A DNA stretch of 64,000 nt from contig CAWIPH010000002.1 in NCBI GenBank assembly GCA_963837955.1, positions 672,001 through 736,000 of the forward strand, written 5' to 3'. The stretch comes from an uncultured Verrucomicrobiae bacterium (GTDB lineage: Bacteria; Verrucomicrobiota; Verrucomicrobiia; Chthoniobacterales; JAFAMB01). Below are positions 19,549 to 29,258 of this stretch, piece after piece. Under the pieces are notes generated by a model. That model made no database searches, was not told the origin of the DNA, and saw only the letters and a list, made by a program, of their open reading frames with translations. Made by a program: the position numbers and the translations under genes. Numbering within the stretch: the stretch's first letter is position 1; each line of letters begins with the position of its first letter.

Positions 19549-20425
19549 ACCCTCCACGGGAGGCTCCGGGCGGAACACCTGCCAGCCGTCGATAAAAGCG
19601 TACGAAGTAGGATACGTTTCGAAAGTTTAGCCGATAAGCGATTTCTGAGATCGTCAAGTCGGTGTAGGTTAGCAAACGCCGAGCCTCTAACAGGGTTCGA
19701 TCGCGAATCCAGGCGCTTGGTGATTTCCCTGTCTCTGCCAGGATAGTATCGACCAGAACGCGTGGACTGACCGACAGAGCCGATGTGTAATAGCTGGCCC
19801 GCCGGAGTTTTCCTTCCTCCTTTTCGAGGAGTGACAGAAAACGGTTTGTTAACTGGGTCGAGTACCCCTGCACTTCAACCGCTGGTATGCTCAAGCAGAG
19901 CCGATGCAGCCGGATCAAAAGCGCGGTCACTTGAGAACGGAGCATGTCGCCGTGAAATTCCGCGTTCCCGTGGTATTCGTCGGCCAAGTCTTTGAATGCG
20001 GCCCGGAGAATCCGATAAGTTGACCCAGCCATTTGAAAAGTGGCTCGATCTTTTGTCGTCGCGCTAAACTGCGCTAGATCATGAAGCAGACGATTAGGCC
20101 GATCATTTCCACCGAAGAGTGACGCCGGTTCAAAACATAAAACATAACCATTTAACGTGTCATTCCATTTCCAGGCGTGGACTTGGCCCGGCGGAACGAA
20201 AATCAGACTCCCCCGAGTGATTGGGTAACTTTGGCCGTCGCCCACAAAGGTGCCATTGCCCGATTCAATCCAGAATAAATGGTAAAAATCGTGCCGGTGC
20301 GGAATGTGCCGAAAGGGCACCTGCTTCGTGAGTTGCTCGATTGAGATTCCTAAAAACTGGTCAACGTCGCCACGACCGCTAGCCATTGGAAATAGCGGAA
20401 TTTTAAGCGGTTTTTCAGACAACAT
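19547..20425 (-). CDS. AraC family transcriptional regulator with cupin sensor domain
   Basis: PHRHDFYHLFWIESGNG cupin; C-terminal EARRLLTYTDLTISEIAYRLNF..SYFVRFYRR..G.PP double HTH; start chosen at MLSEK (track start 20497). Confidence 0.92.
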   Translation of the reverse strand: MLSEKPLKIPLFPMASGRGDVDQFLGISIEQLTKQVPFRHIPHRHDFYHLFWIESGNGTFVGDGQSYPITRGSLIFVPPGQVHAWKWNDTLNGYVLCFEPASLFGGNDRPNRLLHDLAQFSATTKDRATFQMAGSTYRILRAAFKDLADEYHGNAEFHGDMLRSQVTALLIRLHRLCLSIPAVEVQGYSTQLTNRFLSLLEKEEGKLRRASYYTSALSVSPRVLVDTILAETGKSPSAWIRDRTLLEARRLLTYTDLTISEIAYRLNFRNVSYFVRFYRRLAGVPPGASRGG

Positions 20426-20642
20426 TTTCAGATCGCAAGCCGGCCAAAATAATCGACTCACTTTAGATGGCGTGCAAACGCACGATCTTTCCGGCACGCG
20501 ACATGGAGGACTCGGGCTTCAAGAGAATCATGGCAGCGCAACAAACGGCATCCTCGAAGTTGTCGGAGTTATGTGCCGCTGCTGGTTTAAGGACACTCCA
20601 GGAAAAATTGGACCGATTGAGCGGGTTGGGAGAAACCAATTC

Positions 20643-21911
20643 CTATCGCGAAATAAACCAGAGTCCGAGACTGGCGAGCAAAAGTGCGAAGGGCATTACG
20701 ATGACGCCGATCTTCAAAAAGGTCCACGCGCTGATCTTCAGATTCTCTCGTCGCAGAGCGATGAGCCAGAGAATCGTTGCCAAGGATCCGGTCACCGACA
20801 GGTTTGGACCAAGATCAATCCCAATGAGCATGGCGCTTGCCAGCTTGCCGGACCCAACGGAGGCGTGCAGCGCGCTGGCTCCGATAAGTCCTACTGGAAG
20901 GTTATTAAGGAGGTTCGAAACAGTGGCAAAGCCAAAAGCCGTAGCGAGATTCGCCGCGAGTGGTGGCCATTCGCTCAGCTTGTCGAGGAGGTTTCGGGCG
21001 AGTTGCAGACCGCCAGCCGAGTCCAACGCGTCGACGATCACGAACAGACCCGCTACGAGTGGTAATACGCTCCACGATACGCCGCGTCCTACGGCGAGTG
21101 GTGCCTGGCGATCCCATAGCGTGATGAAGAGAGTGATGGCGAGCGCGGTGATGCATGTTGGCACCCCCAGAGACCCACCGGTGGCCGAGCAGAACAAGAG
21201 CACTCCGGCCGTTGCGATGACGCCGAGCACGGTCAACTTACCGGCGACCGAGAGCCGAAAATCCTCAAGAACATTAGGTATCTGACCTTGGAGCTCCCTC
21301 CAAAAGAGGCCTCGGATAGCGAGGTAAGTCGCGAGAATTGCAGCAACGGCCGGGAGAAGAAATATTCGCAACCAAGGAAGCAACGGCGGGAGATTATTGC
21401 CGAACACCACGAGATTGGCCGGATTCGAGATCGGTAATACGAAGCTCGCGGCGTTCGCGATGAAAGCGCAAGCGAACAGATAGGGCAAAGGATTTCCATT
21501 CGTCCGTTTCACCACAGCATAAACGGCCGGGGTGAGCACGACAGCGGTCGCGTCGTTCGATAATACCGTCGTAACCACGATTCCGACCAGGTAAATCAAA
21601 GCGAAGAGCCGGGCGCGAGATCCCGCGGCAGCGCGCAGGGCGATGCCAGCGAGCCAATCGAAAACGCCCTCGCGCCGGGCGAGCTCCGCTAGAATCATCA
21701 TCCCTGTAAGAAACAGGTATACATCGTACCCTTTTCCGACGGCGCTTAGGGCTTCGGTAAAAGGGACCAGACGGAAGGCGAGAAGCAGGCCCGCGCCCAA
21801 GCAGGCCCAAACGGCTTCTGGGATTCGCTTCGGTCTGATGAACATCGCGGCAACAGTTGAAGCGGCGATGGTCCAGGTCACAAATGGGGCAGGCAATAGA
21901 CCAAGAAACAT
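20643..21911 (-). CDS. ArsB/NhaD (ion transporter superfamily) permease, 'arsenic transporter' family
   Basis: FLTGMMILAELARREGVFDW, LSNDATAVVLTP, FIANAASFVLPISNPANL, SNLLNNLP, DLGPNLSVTGSLATILW. Confidence 0.9.
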   Translation of the reverse strand: MFLGLLPAPFVTWTIAASTVAAMFIRPKRIPEAVWACLGAGLLLAFRLVPFTEALSAVGKGYDVYLFLTGMMILAELARREGVFDWLAGIALRAAAGSRARLFALIYLVGIVVTTVLSNDATAVVLTPAVYAVVKRTNGNPLPYLFACAFIANAASFVLPISNPANLVVFGNNLPPLLPWLRIFLLPAVAAILATYLAIRGLFWRELQGQIPNVLEDFRLSVAGKLTVLGVIATAGVLLFCSATGGSLGVPTCITALAITLFITLWDRQAPLAVGRGVSWSVLPLVAGLFVIVDALDSAGGLQLARNLLDKLSEWPPLAANLATAFGFATVSNLLNNLPVGLIGASALHASVGSGKLASAMLIGIDLGPNLSVTGSLATILWLIALRRENLKISAWTFLKIGVIVMPFALLLASLGLWFISR

Positions 21912-22055
21912 AAAATAACTTTTTTTATTGTTGATGGGGTCGTGGATCTGCGAGGCAGCTACAAAAGCTAGGCCAAGAGCAAGTGGGCGATTTTCGCGCG
22001 GCTCTGAAGCAGTCGTTAGCAAGGACTACAGAACTCAGCGCGAGGGGATCGCCGA

Positions 22056-22694
22056 CTAGGACTCTTCCTCGCGAACCCGTCTGTCGTCTGGATGCCTTTT
22101 CGGTTTTACCGGAGGCGGCTCAACCAGAGTAAGCGCGTCGGCAGATGGGCCGACCATCGCGACGGCGACCGTTTGGCCGAGATCGTTAACTGTTCCGAAG
22201 CCGACCGCTGCAAGCAGCTGACCTTTTCGAAGGAGTTTTGCGAACTGCCTGCCCGCATGCGGTGGAAAATGCAGAAGGGTGCCGTCCTCGAAGATGACTC
22301 CGTCTACCTCACCGTGCGGATTCCGTCTGACTACTCGGATTGTACCTGCAACGCTCAGCGGCTGAAGCGCACTAAGCGTACTGGCGCGTTCCGGTGGCGC
22401 TGGTTTGATCTCACGGATCGCGCGTCCGGTGGCAGGATTTGCGATCACGTGGCCTTTGAGCAATCTCTCTGCTTCGAGATGGCCATTGGCATGGACGCGC
22501 TCCTTGGGCTTAATCACCTGGACCAGCTCTCGCGCGAGATGCGGCGGGAATTTAATTACAGTGCAGTCGTCCAGTAATAAACCGTCGACTTCGCCACGTG
22601 GATTGAGGAGATATTGCGAGACCGTGCCTTCCACCTCTGTCGGAAAAGGCCCCTTGTCGAGCGGGTGCGGCCCGCCCCTGAATTCGTCTTTCAT
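22056..22694 (-). CDS. hypothetical protein with two tandem OB-fold-like repeats
   Basis: Repeats NPRGEVDGLLLDDCTVIKFPPH and NPHGEVDGVIFEDGTLLHFPPH; start uncertain (track 22769). Confidence 0.75.
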   Translation of the reverse strand: MKDEFRGGPHPLDKGPFPTEVEGTVSQYLLNPRGEVDGLLLDDCTVIKFPPHLARELVQVIKPKERVHANGHLEAERLLKGHVIANPATGRAIREIKPAPPERASTLSALQPLSVAGTIRVVRRNPHGEVDGVIFEDGTLLHFPPHAGRQFAKLLRKGQLLAAVGFGTVNDLGQTVAVAMVGPSADALTLVEPPPVKPKRHPDDRRVREEES

Positions 22695-22958
22695 TTCTGT
22701 ATCCTGTTTTTGGTAAGGCCGATTCTGCGGCCAAGTACTAGGATACACAGATTTCACACTGATGCACACTCGGTGCTATTCCCCGGCCGGATAACTGATG
22801 GTCACCTTTCTGAGCTAGCGACGAGAGACAGAGGTCAGTTTTCCACCCTGGACCGACGGTTTCCCGACGCGTTCGTCATACCCTGAAGTGAACTCAAATC
22901 TGCCGGAAAACCGCTTGCGGCAGCAGATTTCGACTATAGTATTCCATTCCCTTTTGTC

Positions 22959-23030
22959 GGGTTGGTAGCTCAATGGTAGAGCAGCGCCCTTTTAAGGCGT
23001 TGGCTGTGGGTTCGAGTCCCACCCAACCCA
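22959..23030 (+). tRNA. tRNA-Lys (anticodon TTT), CCA not encoded
   Basis: GGGTTGG/CCAACCC acceptor stem, D arm AGCTCAATGGTAGAGC, anticodon arm GCGCC-CTTTTAA-GGCGT, T loop GGTTCGAGTCC. Confidence 0.97.
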
Positions 23031-23069
23031 GTTTAAGGATTAAGGCTCTCTAATGGTGGGCCCTTGTGA

Positions 23070-23123
23070 CCCATCGGTCGCATGAGACTTATGAGTCGCA
23101 TGGGACTCATGAGTCCCATAAGA
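23070..23123. repeat. 9-bp-period quasi-palindromic intergenic repeat, 6 units
   Basis: CCCATCGGT CGCATGAGA CTTATGAGT CGCATGGGA CTCATGAGT CCCATAAGA. Confidence 0.85.
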
Positions 23124-23171
23124 CACAGGCCCTATGTGTCCTGCGAACGGGCTCCTCAAAACCTGATATGG

Positions 23172-23208
23172 CTGGAGCCGGCCACCTCGTGGAGGAGACC
23201 GGCTCCAG
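23172..23208. terminator. GC-rich hairpin between the convergent tRNA and phosphatase genes
   Basis: CTGGAGCCGG...CCGGCTCCAG perfect 10-bp stem, 15 bp past the phosphatase stop. Confidence 0.5.
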
Positions 23209-23222
23209 TTGATCCTGGGACT

Positions 23223-24992
23223 CTAGAAGAGGGGCTGCGTGCCCTCGATATGAACCGCCTGGAGCTCTTCGGGGTTAAGACCGAGCAACTCCAGAATAGT
23301 CGGGGCGATTTGCGTTGTCTCTACCGGCGCCGTGACATTCAGGCCGCTGGTCGCTCCGGGCCACGCCACGAGGATGGGAACGTTTCGATCCTCGGGATGA
23401 TCACCACCGTGCTCGGCGATCTTGGCCTGATGGGCGGTATAGACGACCCCGTACTGAGCGATGCCGATCACGTCAGGTACCCGGGGATCACTCTCAGAGA
23501 CCCCGATGAGCTGCGCCGCGGCCACGCCCGTGTATACCTGCCAAAGACCCGCAGACTTGACGGGCTTGCCGTCGACGCTCGCCGTGGAATCGTGGTAGTC
23601 AATAAGGAATTGCCTCGCAAAATCGGTGGCCGCGGTGGACTTATCGTTGAGCCAGAGGACCATGCCGTCATCGTTGACCCCAAACGCTACCAAGGGTTTC
23701 GCGTTCGGATTTCCATTTTGGTGGGAGCTGTTCCACGCAGCGTTGAGAGCGGCGGTAATTTTGCTGTCGTCGATCCGGTTGAGGGCAGCGAGATTCATTG
23801 GCGACTGCCCGTGTTTGGCCGACACGATGATCGCGGTGCTGTTGAGAAGTCCCTGGCTCCCGAGAGCGCTCACCATCTGGCCAAGGGATCGGTCAATGAA
23901 GTCGAGCGCGTTGGTCAAGACCGGCCCGGGAGTAGCACCATCGGCAAGATAACCGCCGTGTGCGGCCCCCGACAGGTCGCCCTCCGTTTTGGAAGTTGGC
24001 AGCTTCTGGCCTGTCGAAACTGTCTGGAAATTCATTCCAAAGATCGCCGGCGTCCCTGGGTCACCGGAGCCATCGTGGCGACGGCCATTGATCCAGTTGA
24101 TGACGGCCTGAACCTTGTAGGCGTCGTACTTCTGAGTCAAAAGGTTGTCCGTTGTCCAGTCGGGCTGGGTCGGGTCAGTTGGTGCCGTCGCGCTCGCGCT
24201 GCTGTTGATCTCGGGCGTAAAGAAATCATCAACGCCTTCGCCGGACGGCCCGGACAGGGCCAGGTAGGCGGGATGCTTGTCAGACCACGCGGTCAGCAAA
24301 TGGTGCTGGTGAGCTACCTCGAAAATGGTGTTTACGTGCAGATACTTATTGGGATAGATCGGCTCGCAGGTCGCGGGATCGACGGGCAAGTGCGTTGGAT
24401 CGATTACTTTCACCGGGTTGCCCGTCATGTGCAGAATGTTTTCCCAAGGATCAGGGTTGCCCTGAGCTGGGACGATGCCCTGACCCGCGTCGAGCGCGCC
24501 TAGATTAATGTCGGCAGCTTCGGTGTAGGCGACCTCTCCGCCAGGTGGGCGGCCAGTGCAGTTCGTGGTCCCTGGCGGGAACACCGCATGGTTCCAAGTG
24601 TCGTCATAGTAGATGCCAGTAGTTGCCGGGTTACCTCCCGTCACTTGCCCGGTCAGTCCAGGGAACGAGTCCGAGGGAAAGGGCGTGCTCGCGTTGGAGT
24701 AGTTGACACCTTGAGCCACCAGCATTGCCAACGTGGACTTAGGGTGGGTCTGGACGTACCAAACCAAATCGGATTGATGCATTCCGTCGACCGATATAAG
24801 CAGTACGTGTTCGACCTTCCCGATGCTGTCGTTTCCGGCCACTGCCGGGATCGCCAGCAGAATTCCGGCAACGGCGCCGCCAAGTATCGCGGTTGGACAC
24901 CGGAGTCTTCCGTCCCACGGACGCAAGAATCTGAACGTGTTGTTTAACCAAGTGGTATGTAACTTGGTTTTGATTTGAATCCCGCTTTTCAT
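23223..24992 (-). CDS. secreted alkaline phosphatase superfamily protein (type I phosphodiesterase/nucleotide pyrophosphatase-like)
   Basis: HVLLISVDGMH, PSDSFPG (nucleophile region), IIVSAKHGQSP, EHGG...DRNVPIL; hydrophobic signal-like segment; start uncertain (track 25103). Confidence 0.85.
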   Translation of the reverse strand: MKSGIQIKTKLHTTWLNNTFRFLRPWDGRLRCPTAILGGAVAGILLAIPAVAGNDSIGKVEHVLLISVDGMHQSDLVWYVQTHPKSTLAMLVAQGVNYSNASTPFPSDSFPGLTGQVTGGNPATTGIYYDDTWNHAVFPPGTTNCTGRPPGGEVAYTEAADINLGALDAGQGIVPAQGNPDPWENILHMTGNPVKVIDPTHLPVDPATCEPIYPNKYLHVNTIFEVAHQHHLLTAWSDKHPAYLALSGPSGEGVDDFFTPEINSSASATAPTDPTQPDWTTDNLLTQKYDAYKVQAVINWINGRRHDGSGDPGTPAIFGMNFQTVSTGQKLPTSKTEGDLSGAAHGGYLADGATPGPVLTNALDFIDRSLGQMVSALGSQGLLNSTAIIVSAKHGQSPMNLAALNRIDDSKITAALNAAWNSSHQNGNPNAKPLVAFGVNDDGMVLWLNDKSTAATDFARQFLIDYHDSTASVDGKPVKSAGLWQVYTGVAAAQLIGVSESDPRVPDVIGIAQYGVVYTAHQAKIAEHGGDHPEDRNVPILVAWPGATSGLNVTAPVETTQIAPTILELLGLNPEELQAVHIEGTQPLF

Positions 24993-25127
24993 TTTGACTG
25001 TTTCTATGTCCACCCGAGCCGTCTGTGAATTGTGATCCGCTCGTTTCCCTGACGGTTCGGTGTTAGCCCACTCCGAGCGGAGGTAAGCTGCCTGACGATG
25101 CAATCAGACGGTGCGTTGAAAGACAAC

Positions 25128-25165
25128 GTGACGAATGTAACGATATGGTAACGGAGACGTCACGG
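25128..25165 (-). promoter_or_regulatory. Pho-box-like 11-bp-period repeats upstream of the phosphatase gene
   Basis: Minus strand CCGTGAC-GTCT-CCGTTAC-CATA-TCGTTAC; cores at 25159, 25148, 25137. Confidence 0.55.
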
Positions 25166-25305
25166 ACGCCGCTGGATAGGTTCTCGCAGTTTCTGCACCT
25201 GAATCAGCGGGCCAGATGCGAGCTTACGTCCGTCTTCCCATTCGTAGAAATCTCGCGGCCTTCCGGAAGCTTGACGCTCACGTTTCTCTCCCTGGAACGA
25301 GCCGA

Positions 25306-26154
25306 TCAAAATGGTGCCGTTGGTTTAACCACGAAATAAAAGAGCACAGCTACGATGCACTCTGCAGCTCCAAGGCCGGCGACGGTCACAATGTACTGCG
25401 CCCGTTGGGTCATCCCTATTCGCAGGCGTAGCGTCCGACCCGCAAGAACGACGAGAGCGGGGACAATCCACTGGAGCCAAGCCAAACCGGGAGGCAAGTC
25501 GGCATAAGCCGTACCGTTGAGCAACAGCAGAAAATGGAAAAGGAGCGTGACCTCGACGAATCCACGACCGAGAGCCGAGAAGCGTTGCGCGAGATACACG
25601 GCACCGACCGCGATTCCACCTGCGACCGCAAGCTCCGCCAGCTTGACTGACCCCGAGAAGAACAACATCGCGGCGGAAACGAGCAGCGGCAGAGTAAGCA
25701 GCAAGGGCGCACGCAGCGAAGCCGTCTCGAAATCCTGATGGAGGACTAATCGGACTAGGAGATAGCTCAGCAAGCCGGCCAGGAACCAGCATCCAAATAC
25801 CAAGGGTGTCCAACCATTTTGCGAGATTGGGAGCAGAGTCACCGCAATCCCAAGACTTACGCTGGCCAGAGCCGAGATCAGTTGTGCCGTCAAGAAACGG
25901 ATGCTCCGGAGAAGGGCGGCGAAGAGGAGTACGTACCCAATCCAGTGTTGGCTTTCCCGTGGGGGGAACGGCCAGCCGCCGTTTACCCATGCGCAGCTCA
26001 AGGCAAGAATAGCGGCGAGCAGCCACCAGAGGGCCACCCGCAGGCTTTCAGGCTGTTTGGCGAAGAGTCGGCCGAGAATGCTAGAACCGGCAAAGCTGGC
26101 AACTCCAACAGCCAGCAAGAAAGCCAGATTCGAGATGACAAACGCGTTCACCAT
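25306..26154 (-). CDS. hypothetical integral membrane protein (about 9-10 TM)
   Basis: 282 aa, almost entirely hydrophobic helices; GWPFPPRESQHW loop. Confidence 0.75.
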   Translation of the reverse strand: MVNAFVISNLAFLLAVGVASFAGSSILGRLFAKQPESLRVALWWLLAAILALSCAWVNGGWPFPPRESQHWIGYVLLFAALLRSIRFLTAQLISALASVSLGIAVTLLPISQNGWTPLVFGCWFLAGLLSYLLVRLVLHQDFETASLRAPLLLTLPLLVSAAMLFFSGSVKLAELAVAGGIAVGAVYLAQRFSALGRGFVEVTLLFHFLLLLNGTAYADLPPGLAWLQWIVPALVVLAGRTLRLRIGMTQRAQYIVTVAGLGAAECIVAVLFYFVVKPTAPF

Positions 26155-26350
26155 AACCCCTTCATCGTGAGACCCGACGAGCTTACGCCATTTCGGGGTG
26201 CGCCGACTAGTCGAACATTTTCCCAGGGTTAAAACCCCGGGGCTGAGTCCTCCGGCTCCTGCGGAGCAATAACTACGCTTCCGCGACGCTTCTCCTCGCT
26301 GGAATTGTCGCGAATAAAGCGCGCAGAATCATCAACTGAACTGCTAACCG

Positions 26351-27136
26351 CTAACTCTTCTCGATCATCGCGTAGGCGTTATGGTTATGGATCGATTCGT
26401 AGTTCTCTGCTTCGACCCTGTACCAGGTAATGCGCGGATCAGCATTCGCTTTGACAGCGATATTGCGCACCAGATCTTCTACAAATACCGGATGCTCATA
26501 CGCCTGCTCCGTGACCGCCTTCTCGTCAGGACGTTTCAATAGACTGAACAACTCCGCGCTGCCGGACGTCTCGACCATGCGCACCAGGTCCTCGATCCAA
26601 ATTAAACTGCTAAAACGTACACCAAAGGTCACAAGACTCCGTTGATTGTGTGCGCCATGTTTACTGATTGCTTTGGAGCATGGGCACAAAGTGGTGACTG
26701 GGACCATCACCGTAACTTCAAATTCTGAATCGTTCTGGTAGGCGGTGGCATTTAACCGAACGCGGTATTCGAGCAATCCGGTGGCGCCGGTTACGGGCGC
26801 CTTCTTCTCGATGAAGTAAGGGAATTCGAATTCGACGTGAGCTGCCTCTGCGTCCAGTCGCGTCTGCAGTTCCCGCAAAATCACCTTGATATTATCAACG
26901 TGAATAACCGTTCCGTGATGATTGAGCACTTCGATGAACCGACTCATGTGAGTCCCTTTAAAGTGGTGCGGAAGATCGACGGTCAAACTCACGGTTGCCA
27001 CCGTGTGTTGCGAAGTGTGCGCTTTGTCGCGAACCAGGATTGGAAAACGCAGGTTCTTCACGCCGACGCGGTCGATGGCGACTTCCCGATGATCCGGCAG
27101 ATTTTGCGTATCGATCAAAGTAGTTTGCTGTTCCAT
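26351..27136 (-). CDS. folE2: GTP cyclohydrolase I type IB
   Basis: DTQ..IDRVGVK, KGTHMSRF, PVTTLCPCSK, GAHNQRS, LKRPDEK.VTE.AY.HPVFVED, ESIHNHNAYA. Confidence 0.96.
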   Translation of the reverse strand: MEQQTTLIDTQNLPDHREVAIDRVGVKNLRFPILVRDKAHTSQHTVATVSLTVDLPHHFKGTHMSRFIEVLNHHGTVIHVDNIKVILRELQTRLDAEAAHVEFEFPYFIEKKAPVTGATGLLEYRVRLNATAYQNDSEFEVTVMVPVTTLCPCSKAISKHGAHNQRSLVTFGVRFSSLIWIEDLVRMVETSGSAELFSLLKRPDEKAVTEQAYEHPVFVEDLVRNIAVKANADPRITWYRVEAENYESIHNHNAYAMIEKS

Positions 27137-27206
27137 AGATTTCGTGTTGTCATGAAACGAAGGTACAGGGCGATAGTTTTTCGCATCCATTAATCGATTA
27201 CAGGCC

Positions 27207-28001
27207 GTGCAGGAATATCATCAATTGCTCCGTCTTGTCCTAGAAAAAGGACGTTCTAAGGACGACCGTACCGGAACTGGGACTATATCATATTTTGGCG
27301 CACAGGTGCGGTTCGATTTGCGTCAAGGATTTCCTCTCATCACCACGAAACGTGTTCATTTCAAGTCTGTCGTTTACGAGCTCCTTTGGTTTCTCCGTGG
27401 GGAAACAAACATTCGATTCCTTACCGACAATGACGTGACCATCTGGAACGAATGGGCGGACGAAAAAGGCGATCTTGGACGAGTCTACGGTGCGCAATGG
27501 AGAGGTTGGCGTAGTCCCGACGGGAAGTTAGTAGACCAAATTGCTCAGGTGGTCGAAATGATCCGAAAAAATCCAGACAGCCGCCGGCTGATCGTGTCGG
27601 CTTGGAACCCGGCCGAATTGGGCGAAATGGCCTTGCCGCCTTGCCATGCCCTATTCCAGTTCTATGTGTCGGAGGGACAACTGAGCTGCCAATTATACCA
27701 GCGAAGTGCGGACCTTTTCCTAGGTGTGCCATTTAACATCGCTTCTTATGCGCTGCTTACGCAAATGATGGCGGCCGTGTGCAGTCTTGAGCCGGGAATT
27801 TTCGTACACACCTTTGGGGACTTGCATATCTATAAAAACCACCTGGACCAAGTGCGCGAACAGTTAAGTCGGACGCCTAGACCGCTTCCCAGAGTACTCT
27901 TTCAGCGGATTCCCGATCGTCTCGAAGACTTTCAGTACGAGGATATTGAGTTGCTAAAGTACGATCCCTATCCGCCCATCAAAGCGCCGATCGCGGTATG
28001 A
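27207..28001 (+). CDS. thyA: thymidylate synthase
   Basis: [47 protein letters not shown]. Confidence 0.98.
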   Translation: MQEYHQLLRLVLEKGRSKDDRTGTGTISYFGAQVRFDLRQGFPLITTKRVHFKSVVYELLWFLRGETNIRFLTDNDVTIWNEWADEKGDLGRVYGAQWRGWRSPDGKLVDQIAQVVEMIRKNPDSRRLIVSAWNPAELGEMALPPCHALFQFYVSEGQLSCQLYQRSADLFLGVPFNIASYALLTQMMAAVCSLEPGIFVHTFGDLHIYKNHLDQVREQLSRTPRPLPRVLFQRIPDRLEDFQYEDIELLKYDPYPPIKAPIAV

Positions 28002-28104
28002 TGTCGGGAAAGGAATCTAGAATTTAGAAGTCACGAGGCGGTTCGGCGACGCTGCCGGAGCCTATTCCCAATCGTTCTTGCCGTGATGTTCAACAGCAAA
28101 ATTT

Positions 28105-28132
28105 GGCTATCGGCTATTGGCAATCGGCTATT
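28105..28132. repeat. heptamer tandem repeat (GGCWATY)4 between thyA and folA
   Basis: GGCTATC GGCTATT GGCAATC GGCTATT. Confidence 0.7.
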
Positions 28133-28159
28133 CCATTCGAGCCTGGAGGCGAGAATGGA

Positions 28160-28618
28160 ATGAAGGCGATTGCTGCGATGACTCCCAGTCGGGTGATTGG
28201 CCGTGGAAATAGTATCCCGTGGAAGATTCCTGGCGAACAAAAGTGGTTTAAAGAAGTTACGATCGGGCACTGCGTTTTGATGGGCAGCAAAACCTATACA
28301 TCGATCGGAAAACCGCTTCCCGGTAGGCGGAATCTGGTCGTGAGCCGGAAACAGACTTGGCCGGGGGTCGAAATGATTCGAGATCTTTCTGTGTTCGATC
28401 CCGCTGACTACCGCGAGGAGATTTACGTGATAGGTGGTGCCGAGATCTATGAGCAACTCATTGACCGATGTGATGAGCTCTTGATTACTCAACTCAAAGC
28501 AGAGTACCCAGGTAACATCTATTTCCCGGAATACGAATCCCGGTTCTCAATTACCGAAGAAATCCGGGATACGCCGGATTACCGGATTCACCGATATGCC
28601 CGTCGGGTGGACCCATGA
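28160..28618 (+). CDS. folA: dihydrofolate reductase
   Basis: IAAM..RVIG..IPW, MGSKTY.SIGKPLPGRRNLV, VIGGAEIY; GGAGG SD upstream. Confidence 0.95.
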   Translation: MKAIAAMTPSRVIGRGNSIPWKIPGEQKWFKEVTIGHCVLMGSKTYTSIGKPLPGRRNLVVSRKQTWPGVEMIRDLSVFDPADYREEIYVIGGAEIYEQLIDRCDELLITQLKAEYPGNIYFPEYESRFSITEEIRDTPDYRIHRYARRVDP

Positions 28619-28696
28619 CACTCTGAAGTAGCTTGAACCGAAGTTTTTCACGAGCGCTGGATACGTCCTTTTTCACGCTCGCATCCGAATAATACC

Positions 28697-28927
28697 ATGC
28701 GGAGTGCCGTCTCTCACACTATGGGCAATCTCTTACCGATCCTATTTTTGCTTGTCGTCATCGGCGTTTTCGCAATTGGGCGTCCCGGTTTGGCCAAATA
28801 CGCCCTACTATTAGCTGGGTCGCTATTCTTGAGCGGCTGCCTTTCGCTCAGACTGGGAGAAAACGAAAAGCGCAAGCAGCCGGAACTAGCGTACATTGAT
28901 GGAGAAGGGGTTGTCGTTCAGCGATGA
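28697..28927 (+). CDS. small hypothetical membrane protein (2 TM)
   Basis: Two hydrophobic segments; fills an intergenic gap. Confidence 0.5.
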   Translation: MRSAVSHTMGNLLPILFLLVVIGVFAIGRPGLAKYALLLAGSLFLSGCLSLRLGENEKRKQPELAYIDGEGVVVQR

Positions 28928-28993
28928 ATTTACCTTGGCGGCTTCGATGCCGCTGATTTCTTTAACTGCAGATCGCAAGCCAGAGACGTCTCG

Positions 28994-29185
28994 CTACCAC
29001 GCGATACCTGTGCGGTAATTTTCGCTGCCCCAAGGGTGCGCGGCTTCTCTCCAAGGTTGGACTGCAACACCTGATTGCAGATTCTTGGCTATTGCGTCCC
29101 AGCGGCGTGCTTCCTGGGTGCGGTCATCGCAGCTAGTCAGGCTGAACAAAGCGAGGATGAGGCCGAGACAAGTGAAGCGAATCAT
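28994..29185 (-). CDS. small putative lipoprotein
   Basis: MIRFTCLGLILALFSLTS-C lipobox-like signal. Confidence 0.5.
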   Translation of the reverse strand: MIRFTCLGLILALFSLTSCDDRTQEARRWDAIAKNLQSGVAVQPWREAAHPWGSENYRTGIAW

Positions 29186-29258
29186 GTGCAGATAAAGGTA
29201 GAATCCGGGCTGGACCATTAGATCTAACGCGGCGTGGAGGTAGAGTTCAATGGAAACT

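Noticed and set aside
20304..21285. Long + strand ORFs of 253 and 272 aa
   Set aside because: Shadow ORFs antisense to the AraC and ArsB-family genes
22959..23030. tRNA-Lys as the integration site of a genomic island
   Set aside because: No integrase and no duplicated tRNA 3' end seen in the window; the accessory-looking block lies on the 5' side
23082..24503. 473-aa + strand ORF
   Set aside because: Antisense shadow of the phosphatase gene; its start (MRLMSRMGLMSPI) is the translated 9-bp repeat
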